Source of the DNA: Candidatus Dormiibacterota bacterium
GTDB taxonomy: Bacteria; Chloroflexota; Dormibacteria; Aeolococcales; Aeolococcaceae
Direction of reading: 5' to 3'
DNA length: 64,000 nucleotides
NCBI GenBank assembly: GCA_963777445.1
Contig: CAVZQR010000008.1
Coordinates: 4,626 to 68,625 of the forward strand
The notes below the pieces were generated by a model, which had not been told where the DNA came from, made no database searches, and saw only the letters and a list, made by a program, of their open reading frames with translations. The first letter of the stretch is position 1; every line of letters begins with the position of its first letter. The position numbers and the translations under genes were made by a program. Of this stretch, positions 10,647 to 19,937 are shown piece by piece.

Positions 10647-11063
10647 TTAGCGTGAGAGCCGGACGGTTGCCCGGCCATTGGTCAAAACGCGGTCGCCGCG
10701 ATCCGAGGACGCACCCACCTCGAGGGTGGCGACTCCCGCATCGTCGACGCTGACGACGGTTCCAGTGCAGATGATCGTGTCGCCGGGGAGCAACGGCTTG
10801 CTGAACCGGCAGGAGAGACTGAGGAGGTTGGCGTTGCCGCCGGCCCAGGACGCGATCGCCTCGGCGAGAATGCCCATCTCGAGCAGCCCGTGCGCGATCG
10901 TGCCCGGTAAGCCCACGGATCGCGCGAACTCGGGGTCGAGATGGATGGGGTTGTGGTCGCCGGACGCGTCGGCGTAGGCGTTGATGTGCTCCTGGGTCAC
11001 CGTCATTGAGAAAGGGGTGACTCCGTCGCCGATCTCCACGTCGGACGCGGCTGGGGCGGTCAT
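10647..11063 (-). CDS. MaoC-family (R)-specific enoyl-CoA hydratase/dehydratase, catalytic hotdog subunit
   Basis: The hydratase motif GDHNPIHLDPEFA is present. The ATG at 11063 overlaps the stop codon of the upstream hotdog gene in an ATGA arrangement. Confidence 0.75.
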   Translation of the reverse strand: MTAPAASDVEIGDGVTPFSMTVTQEHINAYADASGDHNPIHLDPEFARSVGLPGTIAHGLLEMGILAEAIASWAGGNANLLSLSCRFSKPLLPGDTIICTGTVVSVDDAGVATLEVGASSDRGDRVLTNGRATVRLSR

Positions 11064-11515
11064 GCCGGGGCCCGGACGATCATCAGGGAGGTGGCGCGAC
11101 AGACGACTGTCTGGTCGGCAGGGCGTGTCGCCTCCATGGCGAGGCGCACGAAGGTCATCCCGCGCTTGGTGTCGATGCTGGTGATCTCGGCCGTGGCGTC
11201 GATCACGTCGCCGGGATGCACCGGTGCAGGCCACTCGAACGACTGCTCGCCGTGAATCAGCCCCGCGAGGTCGATGCCGACCTCGGGGTCCATGAACAGC
11301 TGGGCCAGCGTCGGACCGAGGCAATAGACCGCCGCGAAGGTTGGCGGCACCGCGCCGGCCTCCCGAACCGGGTCGGCTCCGGCGATCGCCTGGGCCATCG
11401 CACGCGCGGATTCAGGCCCAATGCGCTGGCCCGGCGCCGAATACCTCCGGCCGACGTGGCTCTGATCAGGCACCGATCCCAACTCTCCTCGACGGGGCAA
11501 ACGGCTCAGTCGCAC
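11060..11515 (-). CDS. MaoC N-terminal-like hotdog-fold protein (non-catalytic partner, HadA-like)
   Basis: The ORF is 151 aa with a hotdog fold but no catalytic motif. It is translationally coupled to the catalytic hotdog subunit immediately downstream. Confidence 0.55.
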   Translation of the reverse strand: MRLSRLPRRGELGSVPDQSHVGRRYSAPGQRIGPESARAMAQAIAGADPVREAGAVPPTFAAVYCLGPTLAQLFMDPEVGIDLAGLIHGEQSFEWPAPVHPGDVIDATAEITSIDTKRGMTFVRLAMEATRPADQTVVCRATSLMIVRAPA

Positions 11516-11586
11516 CGGTCACTTCAGAAATTGACATCCGTATCAACTATTCCCGAACCGAACCATACACCCCCGCCGGACGGCCG

Positions 11587-12617
11587 TCAAAAGGGGGTGA
11601 CCGGGGACCGTTGCGGCGCGGATGCCATGTCGATCGGCTCGGCCAGCACCTCGCCGACGTCGCGTCCCGACCAGTTGCGCAGGGTCAGGGTGGCGAACGG
11701 GCGCAGCCGGTCGGGAAGGTCCGCCTCGAGCAGGCCCAGCTGCTGGAGGACTGCCAGGGCGACGACCGGAATCGCCTCCCCTCCTCCGGCTTCGAGCTTG
11801 ATGGCGATACCGGGACCTCCCGGACGCGCGACCGCGGCCCAGACCCCTGCCCCGCCGATCTTCGCGGTGAGCCGGCCGCCGGCGACCTCGAGGAGCGCAG
11901 TGTCGAAGCGCGCCGTCCCGGCGACGAGGAACGGGTGCGCCGCCATCGCGTCCTGAGCGCGAACGAAAGCCGGATCCGTGCCGGCCGCCGCAAAACCTCG
12001 GGCGATGGCTGACAGCGGGATTCCGTAGGTGGTGAGCCCGCACCCGTCGATGCCCCGAGGTGCGGTGGCGAGATCGACGCCGAGCGCCTCCTGAAGCGCC
12101 GCGCTGACCGCCTGCTGACACGGGTGCGCCGGCTCCATGTAGCCCTCCAGCGGCCATCCCATGACCGAACACGTCGCGAGCATGGCGGCGTGCTTGCCGG
12201 AGCAATTGTTGTGAATCGGCCGGGGCATCCCGCCTGATGCGAGCAGCCGGCGGGCGCTGCCCTCATCCGACGGCAGCTGGGGTCCACACCCGAGCGCCTC
12301 CTCAGGCACCCGAGCCCGGGCAAGCAGCCCTCGGACGGTTGCCACGTGCTCGTCCTCGCCCTGGTGGGAGGCGCAGGAGATGGCAATCTCCTCGTCCTGT
12401 GCCCCGAGCCGGTCAGCCGCGAGACGGAGGAACGGGAGCGCCTGCAGGGGCTTGACGCAGCTGCGCAGCGTTGTGCCGGCGTCGGGAGAGCCGGCCGACG
12501 CCTGCACAGCGCCCGAAGCCTCCACCACCGCGACGTGCCCTCGGATGCGCGCCTCGACCACCGTGCCTCTCCAGATCGTCGCGAGCACCGGAGGTGCTTG
12601 GCCGCTCACCCGGCTCA
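11587..12617 (-). CDS. asparaginase II-family protein (PF06089-like)
   Basis: The segment PVLATIWRGTVVEARIRGHVAVV...CSGKHAAMLA is conserved across the asparaginase II family. The start is placed at a GTG near 12617, and upstream frame overlap makes it uncertain. Confidence 0.6.
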
Positions 12618-12780
12618 CTTTGACGTGGACAGGCCCGTTTTGGTACGGTCCCGCGGTCACCGGGGAAGAGGGCAAGCAACCCCGGACACCGTCCGTACCA
12701 CTGCTTAAGCGAGGGGAGCAGCGATCGCGACCCACGTTCATCGGTTTGTACGGCACCTCTGGGTAATCGCCACCGCAGCG

Positions 12781-13605
12781 GTGCTTGTGCTGCTCGTCGC
12801 CCGGCCGGCTGAGGTTCCAGGAGCGCCCATGCTCCGCAACCTCGCAGCCATCCAGATCAACGCGGTTGTCGAGAATTCAGCAGCCGTGACCGCGCTGGCC
12901 GTGGAGCCGGTCAAGACCGTGGTCCTTCAGACCGGACAGACCCTTGCCACGCTCGCAACCGCCTACCACGTGTCGACTTCGACGATCGAGTGGGGAAACC
13001 AACTCACCCCCTATGAGGTCCCGGACCCAGGATCGACCATCCTCATTCCCCCGGGACCCGGGGCGCTCGTGCAGGTGCTGCCGGGTGAGACCCCGACCGC
13101 CTTCGCGGCACGGGTCCACCTCGACCCCGCGGTGATCCTGGACTACAACGCGCTGACCACCAATGCACCGAGGACTGCAGGTTCGTACCTCCAGGTTCCC
13201 CTCTCTCGGGCACCCGCGGGCGCGCTCATCGCCTCGTTCTTCGTGGACGCCGACAACGGTGTTCCGTCAGTTCCCCCGCAGACCCCGCTGCACGACGGCT
13301 TCCCCTACGGGCAGTGCACGTACTACGTGGCAACCCAGCGCGCGGTCGACTGGAGCGGGAACGCCATCAACTGGTGGCGCGCCGCCCGCGGCAAGCGCCC
13401 CGAGGGACCGGTCCCGATCCAGGGGGCGATCGTGGTCTTCAACATCGGCTGGGTCGGGCACGTCGCCTACGTGGAACACGTGAACCTCGACGGCACCTTC
13501 GTCATCTCTGAGATGAACTACCACGCGGCCGGCGGAGGATGGGGGCGCATCGACTACCGCACCATTCTCGCCTCGGACACGTCGATCGTGGGTTTCATCT
13601 ACTGA
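12781..13605 (+). CDS. LysM- and CHAP-domain peptidoglycan hydrolase
   Basis: A LysM motif (VVLQTGQTLATLATAYHVSTSTIEWGNQL) is followed by a CHAP amidase domain (GFPYGQCTYYVA ... VGHVAYVEHV). Confidence 0.75.
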   Translation: MLVLLVARPAEVPGAPMLRNLAAIQINAVVENSAAVTALAVEPVKTVVLQTGQTLATLATAYHVSTSTIEWGNQLTPYEVPDPGSTILIPPGPGALVQVLPGETPTAFAARVHLDPAVILDYNALTTNAPRTAGSYLQVPLSRAPAGALIASFFVDADNGVPSVPPQTPLHDGFPYGQCTYYVATQRAVDWSGNAINWWRAARGKRPEGPVPIQGAIVVFNIGWVGHVAYVEHVNLDGTFVISEMNYHAAGGGWGRIDYRTILASDTSIVGFIY

Positions 13606-13630
13606 GGGCTTGGCGCCCGCGTTGTGGTTG

Positions 13631-13750
13631 GGCGGCAGGGGGGTGGGCGGCGCCTGGCTCAGCTTGTCCGCTCCCTCCTTCGCGCAAGCAGAGTGTCGCG
13701 CTCTCTCGGGAGCGGCCAAATTCGCTGGGCGCCGCCCACCCCCTGCCGCC
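13631..13750. repeat. MITE/REP-like element, copy A (120 nt; 23-24-bp G-rich terminal inverted repeats)
   Basis: The left arm ggcggcaggggggtgggcggcgcc is the reverse complement of the right arm ggcgccgcccaccccctgccgcc, apart from one base in a G6/C5 run. The internal sequence is the reverse complement of copy B at about 85% identity. The element lies between convergent genes. Confidence 0.75.
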
Positions 13751-13830
13751 TGACCCGTTGTGCCAATCCCTCCCGCTGAATCCTTCGCGGCGCCGGCTCT
13801 GCGACGCGACGGGGCAGTAGGTCGATCGAC

Positions 13831-14130
13831 TCAGAGTCCGTTGAGCAGGCCGCGCAGGGCGGTCGTGTAGGCATCGAGCGCTGCTCGGCCCCGCCCGGTC
13901 AGGCCGATCGAGGTGCGGGACGCTGTCCCGTTGCCGGTTTTGTCGGTGGTCAGGTAGCCGGCGTCCTCGAGCTTCCGGAGGTGAGTGATCAGGTTGCCCG
14001 GCGTCAGGTCGAGCATGTTCTGCAGGCGGGTGAAGGAGAGCGCGTCGCCGTCCGGCAGTGCGGCCAGCGTCGCGACAATCCGAAGGCGGGCCGGAGCGTG
14101 GATCAGCGGGTCCAGTTCGTCCGCCGTCAC
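13831..14130 (-). CDS. winged-helix transcriptional regulator (PadR/MarR-like)
   Basis: The reading from the GTG start is about 99 aa (VTADELDPLIHAPARLRIVATL...LTPGNLITHLRKLEDAGYL) and has a winged-HTH pattern. The GTG overlaps the stop of the upstream membrane-protein gene in a GTGA arrangement. Confidence 0.6.
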   Translation of the reverse strand: MTADELDPLIHAPARLRIVATLAALPDGDALSFTRLQNMLDLTPGNLITHLRKLEDAGYLTTDKTGNGTASRTSIGLTGRGRAALDAYTTALRGLLNGL

Positions 14131-14786
14131 GCGCGGTGCTGCCAGGCGGTGGCGGCGGCGTAGCCGACCACCCCGGCGAACAGCCCGATCCCGGCGACCA
14201 ACCACGCATCGATCGGCCCCACGAACGCGGCGACGACGCCGCCGGTGACGACCGCGAGCGCGGCGCCGAACTGAGGCCAGTCGGCCTTGGTCCCCGCGAT
14301 GCCCACGAGCGTCGTGCCGATGATGATCAGCGGCACCGCGGCCGGGATCACCCCATAGACGATCGCGGCGCTCGCGCCGTCGACCTTGAGCGCGCCCTGA
14401 ATCACGGGGCTCCCGGCGATTGACGCGAGAAGGGCAACCCCCTCGACGGTGCGCTGCCTCGAAGATGGTCCGCTGACGCCGGTGGTTGCCCGCCGATGGA
14501 GCGTCACGGCCACGGCGGTCGTGACGCCGACCGTCGCGTAGACGAGCGCGATCACGCCGAGGTTCGGCCCCGTGTAGGGGTCCTGCCCGCGCACCGAGAG
14601 CCACAGTGCCACGTAGGCGAGCAGGATCAGCCCCCCTAGCACCGCCGTCGGGAGCGGCGGGTTCAGAGCGAATTGACGCCGCGCCTTGCGGCTGGTCTGC
14701 TCCAGCAGCCGCGCGGCCTCGCGCGGATCGAGCGCACCGCCGTCATCGGCGATCGCGGCCTGTCCCAGATCACGGCTGTCGTTCAT
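14127..14786 (-). CDS. hypothetical polytopic membrane protein (first gene of the regulator operon)
   Basis: The ORF is 219 aa with several hydrophobic helices. A strong AGGAGG lies 8 nt upstream of the ATG at 14786. Confidence 0.55.
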   Translation of the reverse strand: MNDSRDLGQAAIADDGGALDPREAARLLEQTSRKARRQFALNPPLPTAVLGGLILLAYVALWLSVRGQDPYTGPNLGVIALVYATVGVTTAVAVTLHRRATTGVSGPSSRQRTVEGVALLASIAGSPVIQGALKVDGASAAIVYGVIPAAVPLIIIGTTLVGIAGTKADWPQFGAALAVVTGGVVAAFVGPIDAWLVAGIGLFAGVVGYAAATAWQHRA

Positions 14787-14806
14787 GCTCAGGGCCTCCT
14801 CGCTTG

Positions 14807-14846
14807 GCTTTGTCCCGCAAAGCTACATCGCTTTGCCCCGCAAAGT
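14807..14846. promoter_or_regulatory. tandem palindromic operator-like sites (GCTTTGTCCCGCAAAGC and GCTTTGCCCCGCAAAGT)
   Basis: Two 17-nt near-identical perfect palindromes (CTTTG-N5-CAAAG) lie 6 nt apart. They sit 20-60 nt upstream of the membrane-protein/regulator operon start at 14786. Confidence 0.5.
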
Positions 14847-15014
14847 CAAGCCCCCGGGTCCCAGCCTCGGCTGCCTGTGTCAAGACGCGTCGGAGACCGG
14901 GCCCTCCTACACTGTCACCGTTCCCCCTCGGATTCCGCGGGGTTCCACACTCGCCCCAGCCTCGTGTCGGCGAAGCCTCTGCCCTGCCGTAGAAGAATGG
15001 CGCAACGCGTGTCA

Positions 15015-15133
15015 GGCGACAGGGGACGGGCGGCACCCAGCGAATTTGGGAGCGACCGAGAGAGCGTGACAATAGGGTTGCGCGACCGAGGGAGCGGACA
15101 AGCTGAGCACGGTGCCGCCCGTCCCCTGTCGCC
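15015..15133. repeat. MITE/REP-like element, copy B (119 nt; perfect 23-bp terminal inverted repeats)
   Basis: The left arm ggcgacaggggacgggcggcacc is the exact reverse complement of the right arm ggtgccgcccgtcccctgtcgcc. The core is the reverse complement of copy A. The element lies just 3' of the response-regulator gene. Confidence 0.75.
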
Positions 15134-15158
15134 AAAACAGCGGAGTGGCTGCGAAGGC

Positions 15159-15857
15159 TCAGCCGGAGAAGCGGTACCCGATCCCCGGCACGGAGTGGAT
15201 GTACGTGGGCTTCTCCGCGTCCGGCTCGATCTTGCGGCGCAAGCGGTAGACGTGCGCGTCGACGGTCCGGGTCTCGATCTCGACCTCGTAGCCCCAGACG
15301 CGACGCAGCAGCTCTCCGCGACTCATGACCTGTCCGGGTCGTGACGCAAGCAGCGCGAGGAGGTTGAACTCCGTCAGGGTGAGCATCACTTCCTCACCGT
15401 CGCGGAACACCTGGCGGCGGCCGAGATCGATGGTGAGTCCGGGAAACTCGAAGCGGTCGCGCGGCTGCTCCTGTGCGGAGATCTCGCTGCGCCGCAGGTG
15501 CGCTCCGATGCGTGCCATGAGCTCGCGAACCTCGAACGGCTTGGTCACGTAATCGTCGGCGCCGAGCTCGAGGCCGACAACCACGTCAATCGTGTCGCTC
15601 TTCGCGGTCAGCATGATGATCGGCACGCGTGCGCCCTCGGCGCGGAGGCGCCGGCAGACATCGAGCCCGCTCATGCCGGGGAGATTGACGTCAAGGATGA
15701 TCAGGTCGGGGTTCTGCTCGCGGGCGAGGTTGAGTCCCTCGACGCCGGTTGCCGCCTCGATGAGCGTGTGATTCTGGGCACTCGTGGCCAGGCGGACGAT
15801 CTCGCAACTCGGTGGATCGTCCTCCACGATGAGAATGGTCTTTCCGGCCCCGCTCAT
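15159..15857 (-). CDS. OmpR-family two-component response regulator
   Basis: A REC domain (ILIVEDDP...DLIILDVNLPGMSG) is followed by a winged-helix output domain (LTLTEFNLLALLASRPGQVMSRGELL). Its ATG overlaps the stop of the upstream kinase gene. Confidence 0.9.
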   Translation of the reverse strand: MSGAGKTILIVEDDPPSCEIVRLATSAQNHTLIEAATGVEGLNLAREQNPDLIILDVNLPGMSGLDVCRRLRAEGARVPIIMLTAKSDTIDVVVGLELGADDYVTKPFEVRELMARIGAHLRRSEISAQEQPRDRFEFPGLTIDLGRRQVFRDGEEVMLTLTEFNLLALLASRPGQVMSRGELLRRVWGYEVEIETRTVDAHVYRLRRKIEPDAEKPTYIHSVPGIGYRFSG

Positions 15858-17586
15858 CAGACAGGCACCTCGATGAATGTGGAGATGCGCTTCACGAAGT
15901 TGGCCACCTCAATTGGTTTGGTGATGTAGCCGGAGCAACCGGCCGCGAGTGCTTCCTGCTCGTTGCCCTTCATCGCGTTCGCGGTCAGCGCGACCACGGG
16001 AACGCCGGCCGTCTTGGGATCCGCCTTGAGCATGCGGGTGAGAGTCAGCCCGTCCATGCCAGGCAACTCCACGTCCATGAGCACGAGATCGTAGACCTTG
16101 GACCGCACCTTGTGGAGGCCCTCCTCGCCGTCGACCGCGATGTCGACGTCGAACCCGCTGCCCATGAGCACCATCTTCGCCAGGTCGCGGTTGCTCGCAT
16201 TGTCCTCGACCAGCAGGATCCGGTTGTGGCGGTGACCGTTGAGCACCTCAATTCCTGCCAGAGGTAGCCGGAACGTGAACACCGAGCCGCGGCCGGGATC
16301 GCTCTCCAGGGAGATGGTCCCACCGTGGAGTTCGACGAGACGGCGGGTCAGCGACAATCCGAGCCCAGTGCCCTCGACCTGACGGGTGGTCGCATGGTCG
16401 AGCTGATAGAACTCATCGAAGATGCGCTTGTGGTGTTCGGCGGGGATGCCAACGCCGGTGTCGCCCACGTCGACGATCAGGTCATCGCTGTCGGCCCGGG
16501 CCGATACCCACACCTTGCCGCCCTGCGGCGTGAACTTGATGGCGTTGCTCAGCAGGTTGTACAGAACCTGCTTGAACTTGCTCTTGTCTGCACGGATCTC
16601 AAGGTTGGTCGGGATCACGTCGATGCTGAGATCGATGTCGCGCCGTTCACTCAGCGAGCGGATGACGTTGTGGACCTCTTTGACCGCATCCTGCACGCCG
16701 AAGCGGTCGTAGGCGAGCTCCATGCGACCGGCCTCGATCTTGCTGAGATCGAGCACGTCGTTGACCAGCTCGAGCAGGTGCTTCCCCGAGGCGTGAATGT
16801 TCTGGAGGCATTCCTGACGCTGTTGCGGGGTGAGATCCACGAGGTTGTCCTTGAGGATTTCACTGAAGCCGAGGATGGCGTTGAGGGGTGTGCGCAACTC
16901 GTGGCTCATGTTTGCCAGGAATTCGCTCTTCAGGCGTGAGATCTCGGCGATCTGCGCATTGGCAACCTCGACCTCACGCTTCTGCGTGGCGATCTCGCCG
17001 AGCTGGGCACGCTGTGCCGTATAGAGCCGTGCGTTGTCGATGCTGATGGCCGCCTGGCTCGCGATGATCCGCATCAGAGCCTGCTCGATGCTGGTGAAGG
17101 GCTGCACTTCGCGCCGCGCGAGCGTCAGCGCACCGACGAGCCGCTGGGGGACTCGAGCGGCATCACCAAGCAGGATCGCGGTGCATACGCGAGACCGAGG
17201 GTCTTGAAGCGGCGATCCTTGGTGGCGTCCGCGACCGACACGAGCTTGCGGCGCTGCGCGGCCCAGCCCACGATTCCCTCACCCAGCTCGAACCGAGCGA
17301 CCTGACCGAGGTTATCGGTGAACGGGTACGTCGCAATAGCTGACAGGGCGCGGCCGTCCTCATCGAGGAGGAAAACCGTCGCAGCATCGCAGTCGACGAG
17401 GTCGGCCGCGGCCTTGAGCATGAAGTCGATCGTCTCCTTCAGCTCCAAACTCGACGTGAAGAGGTTACCGACCTGGCCCAGAAGGTCGACAATGACCTTG
17501 TCGTCCATCGCAGATCCGAGTATACCCGCGAATTTCGGCGCCAGCGGACTGTCGGGCAATTGCAATCGATCCAGCGTTGCGCTCAT
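15857..17586 (-). pseudogene. GAF-sensor hybrid histidine kinase (GAF + HisKA + HATPase_c + REC), interrupted by a frame break at a G5/C5 homopolymer
   Basis: The GAF domain ORF (17125..17586) and the kinase ORF (15857..17107) lie in different frames. Adding one C to the run at 17146..17150 gives a continuous protein ...CLVMPLESPQRLVGALTLARREVQPFTSIEQALMRIIASQAAISIDNARLY. The kinase part carries HELRTPLN, the HATPase G-boxes and a C-terminal receiver domain. Confidence 0.8.
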
Positions 17587-18560
17587 GACCGGCGCCTTTG
17601 CAACTCTTCGACGAGCGCCGGGAGAATCTTCAGGGCGTCGCCCACGACCCCCAGGTCGGCGAGTTTGAAGATTGGCGCGTTCTCGTCTCGATTGACCGCA
17701 ACAATTGCCTTCGCGCCTTTCATTCCGACTGTGTGCTGCATCGCCCCGCTGATGCCGAAGGCGAGGTAGACGGCCGGTTTGACGGTTTTGCCCGTCTGTC
17801 CGACCTGCATTGCGTACGGCACCCAGCCGGCGTCGACCACTGCTCGGCTGGCTCCGACCGCCGCATTGCCGAGCACTGCCGCGAGCTGGTCGAGGAGCTC
17901 GAAGTTCTTCGGATCACCCAGGCCGCGCCCGCCACTGATCACGATGGGCGCCTCCTCCAGCTTTGGTCCGGCCGCGACGTCCGCGACCCGATCGGTCACC
18001 CGTGCGGCCTTGTGCTTTTCGTCGATCGGGGAGGTGACCTGGGTGACCGCCGCGGCGGAACCGCCGCTCGGCTCCGCCACGAAGGACTTCGGACGGATGA
18101 TCGCCAGGGCCGGAGCGCCGGCCTCGAAGCGCGTCGCCACGTTGAGGGTGGCTCCGAAGACCGAGGAGTGGACGGAGACGCCATCCCCGTCACTCACGTC
18201 GAGGCCGTTGGCGATCACCGGAACCCCCAGCTTCGCGGACAGCCGGCCCGCCACGTCGCGGGAGGTGTAGGTCATGCCGAACAGGACGAGATCGGGCTTG
18301 TGCTCCTCGATCAGGCCGGCGAGCGCATCAGCCGCTGGGCCGCCGAGGAGCAATTCGCCCCAGAGCGGGTCGGTGCCCGCGTAGAGCGTGGTCGCACCAT
18401 GGGCACCGAGCTCGGCGGCTGCGTCCGCCGCGTCCGGCGCGAAGGCGACCGCCTCAACGGTTCCGGCCAGCGATCTCGCCTTGGTCAGCAGCTCGAGCGC
18501 GATCGGCGCGGGTTTCCCGCCCGCGATCTCGGCGAACACCCAGACCTTTCCCAGAGGCAT
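17583..18560 (-). CDS. etfA: electron transfer flavoprotein alpha subunit
   Basis: The ORF is 325 aa with a C-terminal FAD-binding region (VYLAFGISGAMQHTVGMKGAKAIVAVNRDENAPIF). Confidence 0.9.
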   Translation of the reverse strand: MPLGKVWVFAEIAGGKPAPIALELLTKARSLAGTVEAVAFAPDAADAAAELGAHGATTLYAGTDPLWGELLLGGPAADALAGLIEEHKPDLVLFGMTYTSRDVAGRLSAKLGVPVIANGLDVSDGDGVSVHSSVFGATLNVATRFEAGAPALAIIRPKSFVAEPSGGSAAAVTQVTSPIDEKHKAARVTDRVADVAAGPKLEEAPIVISGGRGLGDPKNFELLDQLAAVLGNAAVGASRAVVDAGWVPYAMQVGQTGKTVKPAVYLAFGISGAMQHTVGMKGAKAIVAVNRDENAPIFKLADLGVVGDALKILPALVEELQRRRS

Positions 18561-18563
18561 CGG

Positions 18564-19337
18564 TCAGATCACCTTCTTCTCGGCGAGGAAGTCGGCGATC
18601 CGCTTGTAGCCTTCGCCGTCATCCTTGACGATCGAACCCGCGGCGCGCTGGGCTGCGGGTTCGACGCCGGCGATGCTCTGGCCCGCCGTGGCGCCGCCGG
18701 CGCCGTCGAGACCGAGATCCCCCGGGGTGAGCCGGTCGAGCGGCTTCGACTTGGCTCCCATGATTCCTTTCAGGGAGGGGTAGCGGGGTTCGTTGACACC
18801 CGCGGTGACGCTCACGACGGCGGGCAGCACGGCATCGACGAGATCGTACCCGGCCTCGGTCTGACGCTTGACCTTGAGGGTCGTTCCATCAACCTCGAGG
18901 GTCTTCGCGAAGGTGACTGCGGGAACGTCGAGGAGCTCGGCGATCATCTGCGGCACCACGCCCGTGTAGCCGTCGGTCGACTCCGTGGCGGTGATCACCA
19001 GGTCGAACCCCTCGCGGCGGATCGCCGCGGCGAGGACTCGCGCGGTGGTCAGGGCGTCCGAGCCGCGCAGGGCGTCGTCCGAGATCAGGACGCCCTTGGC
19101 AGCACCCATGGCGAGGGCTTTGCGCACCGCGTCGACGCCGCGCTCCGGGCCCATCGAAACCACCGTCACCTCGCCTCCCTGCGCCTCGACGAGCTGCAGT
19201 CCCGCCTCAACTCCGAACTCGTCGCCGGGATCGAGAACGGCCTCAACCCCCTCGCGCTTGAGCAAATGCGTGGTCGGATCGAGCTGGCCGGTGGTGTTAG
19301 GGTCGGGGATCTGCTTGACGCAGACGACGACCTTCAT
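18564..19337 (-). CDS. etfB: electron transfer flavoprotein beta subunit
   Basis: The ORF is 257 aa with the N-terminal MKVVVCVKQIPDP. It lies immediately upstream of etfA. Confidence 0.9.
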   Translation of the reverse strand: MKVVVCVKQIPDPNTTGQLDPTTHLLKREGVEAVLDPGDEFGVEAGLQLVEAQGGEVTVVSMGPERGVDAVRKALAMGAAKGVLISDDALRGSDALTTARVLAAAIRREGFDLVITATESTDGYTGVVPQMIAELLDVPAVTFAKTLEVDGTTLKVKRQTEAGYDLVDAVLPAVVSVTAGVNEPRYPSLKGIMGAKSKPLDRLTPGDLGLDGAGGATAGQSIAGVEPAAQRAAGSIVKDDGEGYKRIADFLAEKKVI

Positions 19338-19382
19338 GAGTGCCTCCGTGTTTGTCGCCTCGAGATCGAAACTCTAACGCAC

Positions 19383-19937
19383 CTACGCCGGAATGCCCGG
19401 ATCGGGGCGACCCAGGGCGCCGGCCAGCGACCCGAGGTCGGTCTGGTCGGTCACCTCAACATGCCCCGCCTGGGGCTGCGTGGCCCTGAGCAGGTCGCTC
19501 AAATTGCTGTCGCTCCAGCGCGCATCGGCCACCGCGACGATCCCGTCGTGGTAGCGGTGCTCGCCGAGCCAGGCCTCCCACGACGGATCCCCGGTCACGT
19601 CCTCGGTCGCGCTCGATTCGTGCGCCATCGCGGCACCCTGGTTGGTGGCCGGACCGAACCCGAAGTTGCGCGGATTGCTCACGATGCAGGCACCGCTGAC
19701 CTGTGCTAGCTGATCAACTGTCCGGACGGTCGACGCGTTGTCGACGATCACGACCTCATAGCGCGGCGTAGTGACCGGGGCGAGCGGCATCACCAGGTCG
19801 AACCGATGCCCAAGCATGGCGACCATCGCCGGCCCAGCGACGTCGCACGACCTAGCGAAATTGGCCCATGCCGGGAACGACGCGACCGCCGCGACCAACC
19901 CGGCCATCGCGGCGGCGATGTCGTGGAGCCGACCCAT
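19383..19937 (-). CDS. glycosyltransferase family 2-like fragment (probable remnant or disrupted gene)
   Basis: The ORF has VVIVDNAS and NFGFGPATNQGA motifs but lacks the N-terminal TYN region and the C-terminal half. About 600 bp of ORF-poor, all-frame-fragmented sequence follow it. Confidence 0.3.
   Translation of the reverse strand: MGRLHDIAAAMAGLVAAVASFPAWANFARSCDVAGPAMVAMLGHRFDLVMPLAPVTTPRYEVVIVDNASTVRTVDQLAQVSGACIVSNPRNFGFGPATNQGAAMAHESSATEDVTGDPSWEAWLGEHRYHDGIVAVADARWSDSNLSDLLRATQPQAGHVEVTDQTDLGSLAGALGRPDPGIPA

Noticed and set aside
17598-19709. A 703-aa ORF on the plus strand spanning the etfA and etfB locus.
   Set aside because: It is antisense to two well-supported Etf genes. Its composition is Arg/Gly/Asp-rich, which is typical of alternate-frame artefacts in 70% GC DNA, and it has no motifs.
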